From assembly GCF_965641715.1 (NCBI RefSeq), contig NZ_OZ282453.1: DNA of 64,000 bases; one strand, 5' to 3'. The notes below the pieces were generated by a model that searched no databases, had not been told where the DNA came from, and saw nothing but the letters and a program-made list of their open reading frames with translations. Positions 34,828 to 45,421 of the stretch are shown one piece after another. Made by a program: the position numbers and the translations under genes. The stretch is from Escherichia coli (GTDB taxonomy: Bacteria; Pseudomonadota; Gammaproteobacteria; Enterobacterales; Enterobacteriaceae). The first letter of the stretch is position 1, and each line of letters opens with the position of its first letter.

Positions 34828-35741
34828 TTTATATATCTGTATGTATACCGACAAAAAATAGGCTTGACTATTTGACAAAAACAGTTGAGTCTATTATCAA
34901 TGATAACGTTGATGTTCATGCATATGAAATAGTTATTGCAGATAATTCTGACGATGATTTAACAGAAAAGTATGCAAGAGAATTAATGGATAGTGGGTAT
35001 AATATCAAATATTATAAAAATCCACAAACTGGGTTTTACAACTCTATTCAAGCACTTCAGTTAGGTGATGGTGCATTTCTTAAGTTACATAATGATTACA
35101 CCAGCTTCAATAAAGGAGGTTTTAAAAAACTATTCGATCATGTAGTAAAAAATTATGACTCTCGAAATATGCTTTTCTTCACTAATGGAGCATTGGGGGC
35201 CGTATCGACAAAATATGAATGTACTTCATTTGATAAGTTTGTATTTAATGCAAGTTATTTGATTACTTGGAGTTCGTCATTTTCTATTTGGAAGGATGAC
35301 TTTATTGAATTGGAAACAAAACCTGATGATCTCAATGAGATGTTCCCTCACACCAGCCTTATTTTACAATCAAATAATAAAATATTCTCAATAGTAGATG
35401 AATCTATTTTTAAAAATATTAGTGTATCAAGAAAAGGGGGGTATAATATATTTTATAATTTTTGTGTGTTATTTTTGGATATGCTTGATATTGAAAAAAA
35501 GAAAGGCTTGTTGTCAGAAAAAACAATAAAAAAGGTAAAAAGAGATATGTATTATAAGTTTGTAATGGTTTGGTACTATCGGACAATTCAGAACAATAAA
35601 AGAAGATATACCTTTGATAACGAAAATGCGTATGAGAATATTAAAAAAGCATATGGATTTATAGGTTTTTCTGGTGTGTTTTTAGTAGCTAAAGCCAAAT
35701 ATTTCTTTGATAAAATATTTGGCTTTTTCGTTAAAAGTTAG
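34824..35741 (+). CDS. Glycosyltransferase family 2 (O-antigen)
   Basis: 305 aa; N-terminal GT2 signature ISVCIPTKNR...IVIADNSDDD; AT-rich; sugar specificity unknown. Confidence 0.75.
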   Translation: MIYISVCIPTKNRLDYLTKTVESIINDNVDVHAYEIVIADNSDDDLTEKYARELMDSGYNIKYYKNPQTGFYNSIQALQLGDGAFLKLHNDYTSFNKGGFKKLFDHVVKNYDSRNMLFFTNGALGAVSTKYECTSFDKFVFNASYLITWSSSFSIWKDDFIELETKPDDLNEMFPHTSLILQSNNKIFSIVDESIFKNISVSRKGGYNIFYNFCVLFLDMLDIEKKKGLLSEKTIKKVKRDMYYKFVMVWYYRTIQNNKRRYTFDNENAYENIKKAYGFIGFSGVFLVAKAKYFFDKIFGFFVKS

Positions 35742-35747
35742 TATGGA

Positions 35748-37064
35748 TTGAGCATGATTATGCAGTTAAGAACAAATATTTCTGGGAGGGTGGGGCTTTG
35801 GTTGATTTTATTTACCATTTTTGGGGGAGCTTATAAGACTGCATTTGGAACTATTAGTACATCATATATATCATTTGTCTGGGGTGGCTGGATTTTAATT
35901 ATATATATATATCATTCATATTATGTAAGACTTAATTTCTTATATAGGATTAGCAGAAGTTATTATCTATATGCATTTTTTATATCTGTGTTGTTAATAG
36001 TATCTCTTATACAATTCTCATTTTTCGGTATAGGTGATATGCTGAATATTGACTTACAACTAAAAAGAGTAATGCAGGCAATAGTATCATTTACATTTTT
36101 TGCTATAACTGCTGATTATATTATTAACAAATTGACTGTTAGGGATTTATTCTTAGGAATCATATATTTTCTGTTATTTATAACGTTGTTGTGTGTTATA
36201 CAATTATCAAATGATTCATTTAGAATATGGTATTTGAATCTTACTGCAATTGATGGATACTGGTATGAGTGGGCCCAGAAAAGTAATCGAGCGATTGGAT
36301 TAAAGGCTATGTCTATTTGGGATACATCAGTATCCTATTCATTCCTGTTATTTATAGCATTTGCTGCATACTTTCAATTAAAAAATAAAAATATTCTTCT
36401 ATATTTATTTGTAGCATTGGTTTTTCTATTGATTGTTATGAGTGGCAGGACTGGATTATTATTTTTTATTGTATTTTCCTGCCTTCTATCAATCAGGTAT
36501 AAAATTTATGGATTCATGTTTACATATGCAATAACTTCGGTTATCTGCATTTTTTTTATTATGCTTGTGAGTGAAAGTGAGACTGTTTTACGTGTAATAA
36601 ATTTTGCTTTTGAATTAATTATGAATATTATAAATGGGAAAATTGAAACAAACTCAACAGATGATCTTATTAATAATCACTTATTTATACCTCATTTAGA
36701 TAACATATTTTGGGGTGATAATATTTATATTGGTGATGGTGATGAAGTAATTTCAAAAATTGGCCGTTCATCTGACTCCGCATTTGTTATTAACTATGTT
36801 TCTAATGGAGTGATTGGTTTTTTCATAACATCTATTCTGGCCATCATTAATGGGAAAATGATATTTAGTTATTTTAATATTCACAATAAAAGTGTTTTTT
36901 ATTTTTTTGTTTTGCTTGTTTGTTTTTTTCTGTCATTTGGTTTGTATATAAAGGTATTGGTATATGTTAGTGCTACTTTGTTGAAAGCAATGATATTTAC
37001 AACTATATGTTTAAATCATATTTTTAAAAATAAAATAATAGTTCGGAAAACTTATGAGAAATGA
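35748..37064 (+). CDS. wzy: O-antigen polymerase Wzy (candidate)
   Basis: 438 aa, extremely hydrophobic with 10 or more predicted TM segments, rich in I/F/L/Y, no recognisable soluble domain; position between wzx and the transferases. Family call from membrane topology only. Confidence 0.65.
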   Translation: MSMIMQLRTNISGRVGLWLILFTIFGGAYKTAFGTISTSYISFVWGGWILIIYIYHSYYVRLNFLYRISRSYYLYAFFISVLLIVSLIQFSFFGIGDMLNIDLQLKRVMQAIVSFTFFAITADYIINKLTVRDLFLGIIYFLLFITLLCVIQLSNDSFRIWYLNLTAIDGYWYEWAQKSNRAIGLKAMSIWDTSVSYSFLLFIAFAAYFQLKNKNILLYLFVALVFLLIVMSGRTGLLFFIVFSCLLSIRYKIYGFMFTYAITSVICIFFIMLVSESETVLRVINFAFELIMNIINGKIETNSTDDLINNHLFIPHLDNIFWGDNIYIGDGDEVISKIGRSSDSAFVINYVSNGVIGFFITSILAIINGKMIFSYFNIHNKSVFYFFVLLVCFFLSFGLYIKVLVYVSATLLKAMIFTTICLNHIFKNKIIVRKTYEK

Positions 37065-37614
37065 GAAATTAATTATTTTAATTTTACGTGGTGGACCATC
37101 ATTCTATCGCAGACTCAGAAGTCGAATATATGCAATGATTTTCAATACTGAAAAGTTGACAATTGGTAGAAATGTTTCTCTGTCAGGCACGAACAATATT
37201 TACTTTGGACGTAACGTATTGGTTGGAAATCAATCATGGTTGGCGGCGATAAACTCGGGGAAAATAATTATTGGAGATAATGTATCATTAAGTCAAAATG
37301 TGCATATAGCTGCTAATCAATGCGTTAGAATAGGAAATGGTTGTTTGATAGGAAGCGATGTTTTAATAACAGATCACAATCATGGTTATGGCAGAGAACT
37401 AATATATGTTCCACCTAAAGAACGTAAGTTAATTATTAAAGGAAGCACTGAAATTGGTGAAAATTGTTGGTTGGGTGATAATGTGAAAATATTAAGTGGA
37501 GTTGTTTTAGGGAGCAATGTAGTTGTTGGTGCAAATTCTGTTGTAACACGGAGTTTTCCAGCTAACTGTATTATAGGTGGTATACCAGCAAAACTAATAA
37601 AAAAAATACAATGA
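37054..37614 (+). CDS. O-acetyltransferase, hexapeptide-repeat (maltose/galactoside acetyltransferase-like) family
   Basis: 186 aa; hexapeptide repeats and HNHGYG-like motif (IGDNVSLSQNVHIAANQ...ITDHNHGYG...IGENCWLGDNVKILSGVVLGSNVVVGANSVV); overlaps the wzy 3-prime end by 11 nt. Confidence 0.75.
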   Translation: MRNEKLIILILRGGPSFYRRLRSRIYAMIFNTEKLTIGRNVSLSGTNNIYFGRNVLVGNQSWLAAINSGKIIIGDNVSLSQNVHIAANQCVRIGNGCLIGSDVLITDHNHGYGRELIYVPPKERKLIIKGSTEIGENCWLGDNVKILSGVVLGSNVVVGANSVVTRSFPANCIIGGIPAKLIKKIQ

Positions 37615-37632
37615 TATAAGGGTAGTGTTTTT

Positions 37633-38562
37633 ATGACGGTAGATATTATTATAGCAACATATAATGGCGAAAAATACATAAGGGAACAAGTGGAGTCTAT
37701 ACTCAATCAAACATATAAGAATTTTCATTTATATATACGTGATGATGGTTCTACTGATAAGACAAAAGATATTATTTATGACTTGAAATGTTTAGACGAT
37801 AGAATTATTTTGATTGAAGATGATATTATTAATAATGGTGTTGGAGAAAACTTTAAAATACTATTAAAACATTGCTCCGCTGATTATGTTTTTATTGCGG
37901 ATCAGGATGATGTATGGGAAAAAAGTAAGATAGAAGAGCTGCTCTCTTTTGCTATAAAAAATTTACCTACAAACTCGCCAGGTATTGCATATGCCCCAGG
38001 ATATGTTGTTGATGAACATTTGTATTCATCAAAGTTAAAAATGACAAATACAGACAATAAAGTTAAAAGTCTTGGTGATATGATCTTAATGAATGGCGGA
38101 GTGCAAGGATGTGCAATGGTTATTAATCGATGTCTATATCAGATGGTTCTCCGTACCAATTTTTATTGGTATATGCATGATCAAGTATTAAGTCTTTATG
38201 CTATTTGTTTTGGTTATATATTGTTTTTACCTAAACCATTATTTAGATACCGGCAGCACTCTAATAATGTATTAGGATATAATTCAGGAGGGGTGAAGTT
38301 ATGGTTCAAAAAATATATCCGCTCCAGAAGGAATACTTTTTTAATTAACAAACATACAGATAAGTTGTTTTGTGATTTTTTTTCTAGTGAGTCGTTTAGA
38401 ATGAGAAAAAATCAACATGATTTTTTCTTTTCATATATGGGCTCCAGAAAAAATAAAGTTAAGTTTTTGTATTACATTATAACCAATAAAATATTTCTAC
38501 GTGGGAAGCTAACTAACGCTATTATTAAAACGTTGTTAGTTAAAGATATTGTTGAACGATGA
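37633..38562 (+). CDS. Glycosyltransferase family 2 (O-antigen)
   Basis: 309 aa; N-terminal IIIATYNGEKYI...YIRDDGSTD GT2 signature. Confidence 0.75.
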   Translation: MTVDIIIATYNGEKYIREQVESILNQTYKNFHLYIRDDGSTDKTKDIIYDLKCLDDRIILIEDDIINNGVGENFKILLKHCSADYVFIADQDDVWEKSKIEELLSFAIKNLPTNSPGIAYAPGYVVDEHLYSSKLKMTNTDNKVKSLGDMILMNGGVQGCAMVINRCLYQMVLRTNFYWYMHDQVLSLYAICFGYILFLPKPLFRYRQHSNNVLGYNSGGVKLWFKKYIRSRRNTFLINKHTDKLFCDFFSSESFRMRKNQHDFFFSYMGSRKNKVKFLYYIITNKIFLRGKLTNAIIKTLLVKDIVER

Positions 38563-38592
38563 GTTATTTATAATAAAATGGATGGTTGAATA

Positions 38593-39699
38593 ATGAATGT
38601 TGTTTTTTCGGCAAATACATCATGGTATTTATATAATTTTAGGCAAAATACCATAAGAAGGTGTATCAAAAAAGGGCACAGTGTTTATATCATTGCCCCT
38701 GAAGATGAATACACTGAAAAACTAGTAAGTCTTGGTGTTAAGAAATATAATCTATTTTTAAATGGAAGTTCACTAAATCCATTTGTTGATATTGTTAGTG
38801 TATTCCATTTGTTTTTACTTTATTTTTTTATTAAACCTGATGTTGTCTGTAATTTTACCCCGAAGTTAAATGTTTATAGCTCTCTCGTCTCATTTTTTTA
38901 TCCAAAGATTAAAGTCATAAATAACATATCGGGTTTAGGTTCTGCTTTTGTATCGAATAATATAAAGAAAAGTATGCTTCATATATTATACAAAATAACA
39001 CAGAGAAGAGCTGATATTATTTTTTTTCAAAATAATGATGATTTGTCTTATTTTTTAGAACATCGACTGGTTCAGGAAATAAAAACAAGATGCGTTATAG
39101 GTTCGGGAGTTGATATTAACAAATTTAAAGTAACAAAAATAGACAGAGAAAAATGTATAAAGTTTATACTTGTTGCTCGTCTGATTGAGCATAAAGGAAT
39201 TCGATTGTATGTTGAGGCTGCCAGACTTATAAAAAGTAAATATCCCTTTACACATTTTGCATTGCTGGGGCCTAGCATTGATTCACATCCATCATCAATT
39301 AATTTAGATGAGGTTCATAGATGGACTGAGTTGGGGTATATTGATTATCTTGGTCATTCAGATGATGTTGCAAATGTTATTGCTGATTTCGATTGTGTTG
39401 TACTACCTTCCTATTATCGTGAAGGTGTTCCCAAATCATTACTTGAGGCAGCTGCATCGGGTAAAATAATAATTACTACAAACACAGTAGGTTGTAGAGA
39501 CTCTGTCATTGAAAATGTTACTGGGTTTCTTTGTGAACCTCGCTCGTTAGAAAGCTTAATCGGAGCCTTGGAAAGAGTATTACAACTTAATGAGAATGAG
39601 TTTATTAATATGAAAATATCAGCAAGACATCTGGCTGAAGAAAAGTTTGATGAGAATATCAACATAAAAAAATATATTGATTCTATTGAAAACAAGTAG
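38593..39699 (+). CDS. Glycosyltransferase family 4 (O-antigen)
   Basis: 368 aa; C-terminal GT4 region REGVPKSLLEAAASGKIIITTNTVGCRDSV. Confidence 0.75.
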   Translation: MNVVFSANTSWYLYNFRQNTIRRCIKKGHSVYIIAPEDEYTEKLVSLGVKKYNLFLNGSSLNPFVDIVSVFHLFLLYFFIKPDVVCNFTPKLNVYSSLVSFFYPKIKVINNISGLGSAFVSNNIKKSMLHILYKITQRRADIIFFQNNDDLSYFLEHRLVQEIKTRCVIGSGVDINKFKVTKIDREKCIKFILVARLIEHKGIRLYVEAARLIKSKYPFTHFALLGPSIDSHPSSINLDEVHRWTELGYIDYLGHSDDVANVIADFDCVVLPSYYREGVPKSLLEAAASGKIIITTNTVGCRDSVIENVTGFLCEPRSLESLIGALERVLQLNENEFINMKISARHLAEEKFDENINIKKYIDSIENK

Positions 39700-39724
39700 T
39701 ATTTAATTCGATATAGGTTTATAC

Positions 39725-40783
39725 ATGAAGATATTTCTTTGCTCTCTCTATTATGAGTCAAAAAGAGTTACAGGTGCAAATAAACGGTTTGATTATTTTG
39801 GGAAATATCTTGCTAGAAATGAAGAAGTTTCGTTGACGGTTATTGTTCGTGATGGGGAGATACCGTCATGGGCAACTGATGCTATTGTTTTACCAAAATA
39901 TCAGTACTTGCCACCTTTATTTCGCAGAATTCTATATTGGTTGCATTTGTCAAAAATATTTTTTAAATGTGACAATATAATAATTAGTGATTTTATGCCG
40001 ATTCCGTTTATTCCTTTTAAAGGTAATGATAATTATTACCAGTTAGTTCATGACATCCGCAATTTTACCGATTACAATAGAGCTTTTTTTAAAAAAATGG
40101 CAAGTGTATTTCAAGGATATCAATGGCGCAAAACACAAAATATTCTCACAGTGAGTAATTTTACTAAATGGCAATTGATTAGATATTGTAATGTTAATGA
40201 GAATAAAATAAAAGTATCCTATAATGGAATTGAGCTTATTGAAAGGAACAAACTTGTAAGAGATATTGATTTTTTATATATAGCTACATTTGAAAAAAGA
40301 AAAAATCATGATAATTTAATAAAGGCTTTTTATTATTATGTTAATGAAATAAACACCAATGCGAAATTATATCTAATTGGTAGGGATTTAGGATATAAAA
40401 AGAGTATTTTAGAGCTTGTATCGTCGCTTCAGTTATCACAATCAGTGATTTTTATTGATTCTGTTAGCGAAAATGAGTTGAGTAGAATTTATGAAAGAAC
40501 TCATTGCTTTATCAGTCCTTCTCTCTATGAAGGATTTGGTATGCCGATTATTGAAGCGATGTACCATGGTTGTAATGTGGCTTGTAGTAACATTGATGTT
40601 TTCCGTGAAATAGCTCAGAATCATGCTTCGTACTTTGAACCGGATAATATTCATAGTATTATAGATGCAATGTGCCTTGCACGAGAGTATGAAAATAACA
40701 ATCCCGAAACTCTTCATTATGTAAATGTTAATTTTTCTTGGGATTCTATAACTGCTAAATTTTTAGAGGACGTTAGATATTAA
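39725..40783 (+). CDS. Glycosyltransferase family 4 (O-antigen; possibly a mannosyltransferase)
   Basis: 352 aa; GT4 EX7E region EGFGMPIIEAMYHGCNVACSNIDVFREI; lies immediately upstream of manC-manB. Confidence 0.7.
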   Translation: MKIFLCSLYYESKRVTGANKRFDYFGKYLARNEEVSLTVIVRDGEIPSWATDAIVLPKYQYLPPLFRRILYWLHLSKIFFKCDNIIISDFMPIPFIPFKGNDNYYQLVHDIRNFTDYNRAFFKKMASVFQGYQWRKTQNILTVSNFTKWQLIRYCNVNENKIKVSYNGIELIERNKLVRDIDFLYIATFEKRKNHDNLIKAFYYYVNEINTNAKLYLIGRDLGYKKSILELVSSLQLSQSVIFIDSVSENELSRIYERTHCFISPSLYEGFGMPIIEAMYHGCNVACSNIDVFREIAQNHASYFEPDNIHSIIDAMCLAREYENNNPETLHYVNVNFSWDSITAKFLEDVRY

Positions 40784-40784
40784 C

Positions 40785-42185
40785 ATGATTCAACCTGTAA
40801 TTATTGCTGGGGGCGTTGGTTCTAGATTATGGCCGCTTTCTAGGGAACAGTACCCAAAACAATTTCTTACATTATTAAATGATAAGAGTTTACTTCAAAA
40901 TACATTATTACGACTCAAAGATCTGCATCATTTACCTCCCATAATCGTATGCAACCATGAGCATAGATTTTTAGTCGCTGAACAATTAAGGATGGAATCT
41001 ATTAATGTTGGTGGAATTATTTTAGAACCTAAAGGAAAAAATACAGCTCCAGCTGTTGCCCTTTCAGCCTTTTTTGTAAATAGATGTGAGATAAACTTAG
41101 AGAAGGATCCTGTCTTATTAGTGTTAGCTGCGGATCATGTTATTGATGATACGGATGGATTTTTAGCTGCAATAAATAGTGCTTTACCTCTTGCGCAGAA
41201 CGGTATGTTAGTGACTTTTGGTGTTGTTCCTACTCATCCTGAAACAGGATATGGATATATCCAGACTGGCAAGAAAATAATAGATAATTCATTTGAAATT
41301 ATTGATTTTAAAGAAAAGCCATCATTAGAAAAAGCGCAGGAATATTTAGATAGTAAAAACTATTTATGGAATAGTGGTATGTTTATGTTTCGTGCGTCTA
41401 CTTATTTAAATGAGTTGAAAAAATTCAGATCTGATATTTATGATGCTTGCTTTGATGCCATGAATTCCTCAAGTTTTGATTTTGATTTTGTTCATGTAAA
41501 TAAAGAAAATTTTTCATTGTGCTTATCTGAATCAATCGATTATGCTGTCATGGAGCAAACAGATAAAGGTGTTGTTGTCCCCATTGATATAGGATGGAGT
41601 GACATTGGTTCGTGGTCAGCTCTTTGGGATGTTTGTAGTAAAGATACTAATAATAATGTTATTAAAGGGGATGTCATAGATCATGATTCTCATAATTGTT
41701 TTATCATCGCTGAGACATCCTTAGTTACTACTATTGGTCTTAATAATCTTATTATTATTCAAAGCAATGATTCACTACTTATTGCTGACCGTCATTCTTC
41801 CCAAATGGTGAAGAATATAGTTGACGAACTCAAGGAAAAAGAACGTCATGAATATTATTTCCATTCGGAGGGATATCGGCCTTGGGGAAAATATAAAACA
41901 ATTGATACCGGGGAAAACTATCAAGTAAAACGAATTACTGTGAGGCCTGGAGGGAAACTATCAATGCAAATACATTATCATCGTGCTGAACATTGGGTTA
42001 TTGTCTCTGGTACAGCAAGAGTTATAGTTGATGGCAATACCAAATTGCTTAGAGAGAATGAATCTATATACATTCCTCAGGGATGTATTCATAGTTTAGA
42101 AAATCCAGGAGAAACTCCTCTCGATATAATAGAGGTTCGCTCAGGTGTTTATCTTGAAGACGATGATGTTGTGCGCTTTCAATAG
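40785..42185 (+). CDS. manC: Mannose-1-phosphate guanylyltransferase (O-antigen copy)
   Basis: 466 aa; same domain order as cpsB ([14 protein letters not shown]...cupin) but AT-rich and divergent at DNA level. Confidence 0.9.
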   Translation: MIQPVIIAGGVGSRLWPLSREQYPKQFLTLLNDKSLLQNTLLRLKDLHHLPPIIVCNHEHRFLVAEQLRMESINVGGIILEPKGKNTAPAVALSAFFVNRCEINLEKDPVLLVLAADHVIDDTDGFLAAINSALPLAQNGMLVTFGVVPTHPETGYGYIQTGKKIIDNSFEIIDFKEKPSLEKAQEYLDSKNYLWNSGMFMFRASTYLNELKKFRSDIYDACFDAMNSSSFDFDFVHVNKENFSLCLSESIDYAVMEQTDKGVVVPIDIGWSDIGSWSALWDVCSKDTNNNVIKGDVIDHDSHNCFIIAETSLVTTIGLNNLIIIQSNDSLLIADRHSSQMVKNIVDELKEKERHEYYFHSEGYRPWGKYKTIDTGENYQVKRITVRPGGKLSMQIHYHRAEHWVIVSGTARVIVDGNTKLLRENESIYIPQGCIHSLENPGETPLDIIEVRSGVYLEDDDVVRFQ

Positions 42186-42232
42186 TAGCTCTATTTTTTT
42201 TACAACAAACGTTTTGTTATAAAAATTATCAT

Positions 42233-43603
42233 ATGAAACAATTAACCTGCTTTAAAGCCTATGATATTCGCGGGAAATTAGGCGAAGAACTGAATGAAGA
42301 TATCGCCTGGCGTATTGGGCGCGCCTATGGCGAATTTCTCAAACCGAAAACCATTGTGTTAGGCGGTGATGTCCGCCTTACCAGCGAAACCTTAAAACTG
42401 GCGCTGGCGAAAGGTTTACAGGATGCGGGAGTCGACGTGCTGGATATTGGTATGTCCGGCACTGAAGAGATCTATTTCGCCACGTTCCATCTCGGCGTGG
42501 ATGGCGGCATTGAAGTTACCGCCAGCCATAATCCGATGGATTATAACGGCATGAAGCTGGTGCGCGAGGGGGCTCGCCCGATCAGCGGTGATACCGGACT
42601 GCGCGACGTCCAGCGTCTGGCAGAAGCCAACGACTTTCCTCCCGTCGATGAAACCAAACGCGGTCGCTATCAGCAAATCAATCTGCGTGACGCTTACGTT
42701 GATCACCTGTTCGGTTATATCAATGTCAAAAACCTCACGCCGCTCAAGCTGGTGATCAACTCCGGGAACGGCGCAGCGGGTCCGGTGGTGGACGCCATCG
42801 AAGCCCGCTTTAAAGCCCTCGGCGCACCTGTGGAATTAATCAAAGTACACAACATGCCGGATGGCAATTTCCCCAACGGTATTCCTAACCCGCTACTGCC
42901 GGAATGTCGCGACGATACTCGTAATGCGGTCATCAAACACGGCGCGGATATGGGCATTGCCTTTGATGGCGATTTTGACCGCTGCTTCCTGTTTGACGAA
43001 AAAGGGCAGTTTATTGAGGGCTACTACATTGTCGGCCTGTTGGCAGAAGCATTCCTCGAAAAAAATTCCGGCGCGAAGATCATCCACGATCCACGTCTCT
43101 CCTGGAACACCGTTGATGTGGTGACTGCCGCAGGCGGCACCCCGGTAATGTCGAAAACCGGACACGCCTTTATTAAAGAACGTATGCGCAAGGAAGACGC
43201 CATCTACGGTGGCGAAATGAGCGCCCACCATTACTTCCGTGATTTCGCTTACTGCGACAGCGGCATGATCCCGTGGCTGCTGGTCGCCGAACTGGTGTGC
43301 CTGAAAGGGAAAACGCTGGGCGAACTGGTACGCGACCGGATGGCAGCATTTCCGGCAAGCGGTGAGATCAACAGCAAACTGGCGGACCCCGTTGAGGCGA
43401 TTAACCGCGTGGAACAGCATTTTAGCCGTGAGGCTCTGGCGGTGGATCGCACCGATGGCATCAGCATGACCTTTGCCGACTGGCGCTTTAACCTGCGCAC
43501 CTCCAACACCGAACCGGTGGTGCGCCTGAATGTGGAATCGCGCGGTGATGTGCCGCTGATGGAAGAAAAAACAAAACTTATTCTTGAGTTACTGAGTAAG
43601 TAA
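42233..43603 (+). CDS. manB: Phosphomannomutase (O-antigen copy; mosaic with cpsG)
   Basis: 456 aa; codons 3 to about 444 are near-identical in DNA to cpsG (20109-21434), while the first two codons and the last 13 codons ([14 protein letters not shown]) are AT-rich and different. Confidence 0.95.
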   Translation: MKQLTCFKAYDIRGKLGEELNEDIAWRIGRAYGEFLKPKTIVLGGDVRLTSETLKLALAKGLQDAGVDVLDIGMSGTEEIYFATFHLGVDGGIEVTASHNPMDYNGMKLVREGARPISGDTGLRDVQRLAEANDFPPVDETKRGRYQQINLRDAYVDHLFGYINVKNLTPLKLVINSGNGAAGPVVDAIEARFKALGAPVELIKVHNMPDGNFPNGIPNPLLPECRDDTRNAVIKHGADMGIAFDGDFDRCFLFDEKGQFIEGYYIVGLLAEAFLEKNSGAKIIHDPRLSWNTVDVVTAAGGTPVMSKTGHAFIKERMRKEDAIYGGEMSAHHYFRDFAYCDSGMIPWLLVAELVCLKGKTLGELVRDRMAAFPASGEINSKLADPVEAINRVEQHFSREALAVDRTDGISMTFADWRFNLRTSNTEPVVRLNVESRGDVPLMEEKTKLILELLSK

Positions 43604-43766
43604 TTCAGTAATTTCATATAAATGGGTTTTAAAAAACGGAAAAGATGAGATATCCGGTGTGGTATAGCCAAGGTAATGCTATTCAGTATCTCTATGAGTG
43701 AGTTAACATCTATACCACATTTAAGCCGCACACTTGGCGGTGACCACCCCCTGACAGGAGTAAACA

Positions 43767-45173
43767 ATGTCAAAGCAACAGATCGGCGTCGTCGGTATGG
43801 CAGTGATGGGGCGCAACCTTGCGCTCAACATCGAAAGCCGTGGTTATACCGTCTCTATTTTCAACCGTTCCCGTGAAAAGACGGAAGAAGTGATTGCCGA
43901 AAATCCAGGCAAGAAACTGGTTCCTTACTATACGGTGAAAGAGTTTGTTGAATCTCTGGAAACGCCTCGTCGCATCCTGTTAATGGTGAAAGCAGGTGCA
44001 GGCACGGATGCTGCTATTGATTCCCTCAAACCATATCTCGATAAAGGCGACATCATCATTGATGGTGGTAACACCTTCTTCCAGGACACCATTCGTCGTA
44101 ACCGTGAGCTTTCTGCTGAAGGCTTTAACTTCATTGGTACCGGTGTCTCCGGTGGAGAAGAAGGCGCGCTGAAAGGTCCTTCCATTATGCCTGGTGGGCA
44201 GAAAGAAGCCTATGAACTGGTTGCGCCGATCCTGACCAAAATCGCCGCAGTGGCTGAAGACGGTGAGCCATGCGTTACCTATATTGGTGCCGATGGTGCA
44301 GGTCACTATGTGAAGATGGTTCACAACGGTATCGAATACGGTGATATGCAACTGATTGCTGAAGCCTATTCTCTGCTTAAAGGTGGCCTGAACCTCACCA
44401 ACGAAGAACTGGCGCAGACCTTTACCGAATGGAATAACGGTGAACTGAGCAGCTACCTGATCGACATCACCAAAGATATCTTCACCAAAAAAGATGAAGA
44501 CGGTAACTACCTGGTTGATGTGATTCTGGATGAAGCAGCAAACAAAGGTACGGGTAAATGGACCAGCCAGAGTGCGCTGGATCTCGGTGAACCACTGTCG
44601 CTTATTACCGAGTCTGTGTTTGCACGTTATATCTCTTCTCTAAAAGATCAGCGCGTTGCCGCATCTAAAGTTCTCTCTGGTCCGCAAGCGCAGCCAGCTG
44701 GCGACAAGGCTGAGTTCATCGAAAAAGTTCGTCGTGCGCTGTATCTGGGCAAAATCGTTTCTTACGCCCAAGGCTTCTCTCAGCTGCGTGCTGCGTCTGA
44801 AGAGTACAACTGGGATCTGAACTACGGCGAAATCGCGAAGATTTTCCGTGCTGGCTGCATCATCCGTGCGCAGTTCCTGCAGAAAATCACTGATGCATAT
44901 GCCGAAAATCCGCAGATCGCTAACCTGCTGCTGGCTCCGTACTTTAAACAAATTGCCGATGATTACCAGCAGGCGCTGCGTGATGTCGTTGCTTATGCAG
45001 TACAGAACGGTATCCCGGTTCCGACCTTCGCCGCTGCGGTTGCCTATTATGACAGCTACCGCGCCGCTGTTCTGCCTGCGAACCTGATCCAGGCACAGCG
45101 TGACTATTTCGGTGCGCATACTTATAAGCGCATTGATAAGGAAGGTGTGTTCCATACTGAATGGCTGGATTAA
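43767..45173 (+). CDS. gnd: 6-phosphogluconate dehydrogenase, decarboxylating
   Basis: 468 aa; [21 protein letters not shown]; highly conserved Gnd. Confidence 0.95.
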   Translation: MSKQQIGVVGMAVMGRNLALNIESRGYTVSIFNRSREKTEEVIAENPGKKLVPYYTVKEFVESLETPRRILLMVKAGAGTDAAIDSLKPYLDKGDIIIDGGNTFFQDTIRRNRELSAEGFNFIGTGVSGGEEGALKGPSIMPGGQKEAYELVAPILTKIAAVAEDGEPCVTYIGADGAGHYVKMVHNGIEYGDMQLIAEAYSLLKGGLNLTNEELAQTFTEWNNGELSSYLIDITKDIFTKKDEDGNYLVDVILDEAANKGTGKWTSQSALDLGEPLSLITESVFARYISSLKDQRVAASKVLSGPQAQPAGDKAEFIEKVRRALYLGKIVSYAQGFSQLRAASEEYNWDLNYGEIAKIFRAGCIIRAQFLQKITDAYAENPQIANLLLAPYFKQIADDYQQALRDVVAYAVQNGIPVPTFAAAVAYYDSYRAAVLPANLIQAQRDYFGAHTYKRIDKEGVFHTEWLD

Positions 45174-45202
45174 TCTGATTTAAATCAATTAACCAACACA
45201 AG

Positions 45203-45230
45203 GCCCGGAGAAACCCTCCGGGCTTTTTTA
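45203..45230 (+). terminator. Rho-independent terminator downstream of gnd
   Basis: gcccggagaaaccctccgggc hairpin followed by tttttt. Confidence 0.7.
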
Positions 45231-45421
45231 TTATACAAAGCGGCAGGTTATGGCCTTTTTTTATAATTTATGATTAAAAAAGCGATATAATACAGAGCCG
45301 CACAGCAGGATCGCTGCCTTGACAGTTCATATACATCAGCGTTAAAAATCCCGCAGTAGATGAAGTTGTGGTGGTGGATTAATGACCACTCTAAATGTTT
45401 AACCGGAAGAAGTCAGAGCTA

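Noticed and set aside
33589-42185. Low-GC block as a prophage, integron or insertion sequence
   Set aside because: No integrase, transposase, recombinase or phage structural genes and no terminal inverted repeats; every ORF fits polysaccharide biosynthesis, so this is an O-antigen cassette acquired by homologous exchange between galF and gnd.
42893-43420. 175-aa antisense ORF inside manB that is also present inside cpsG (20763-21290), suggesting a conserved gene
   Set aside because: Its conservation is a by-product of the near-identical cpsG/manB DNA; both copies are antisense shadow frames.
42233-43603. Second phosphomannomutase copy as an assembly duplication artefact or a mobile element
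   Set aside because: Flanks differ completely (AT-rich O-antigen context versus colanic acid context), SNPs are scattered through the copy, and the gene has a distinct 3-prime end; no transposase or inverted repeats.
43604-43766. 66-aa ORF (43676-43876) in the manB-gnd intergenic region
   Set aside because: Overlaps the gnd start, so the region is better explained as the gnd promoter and leader.
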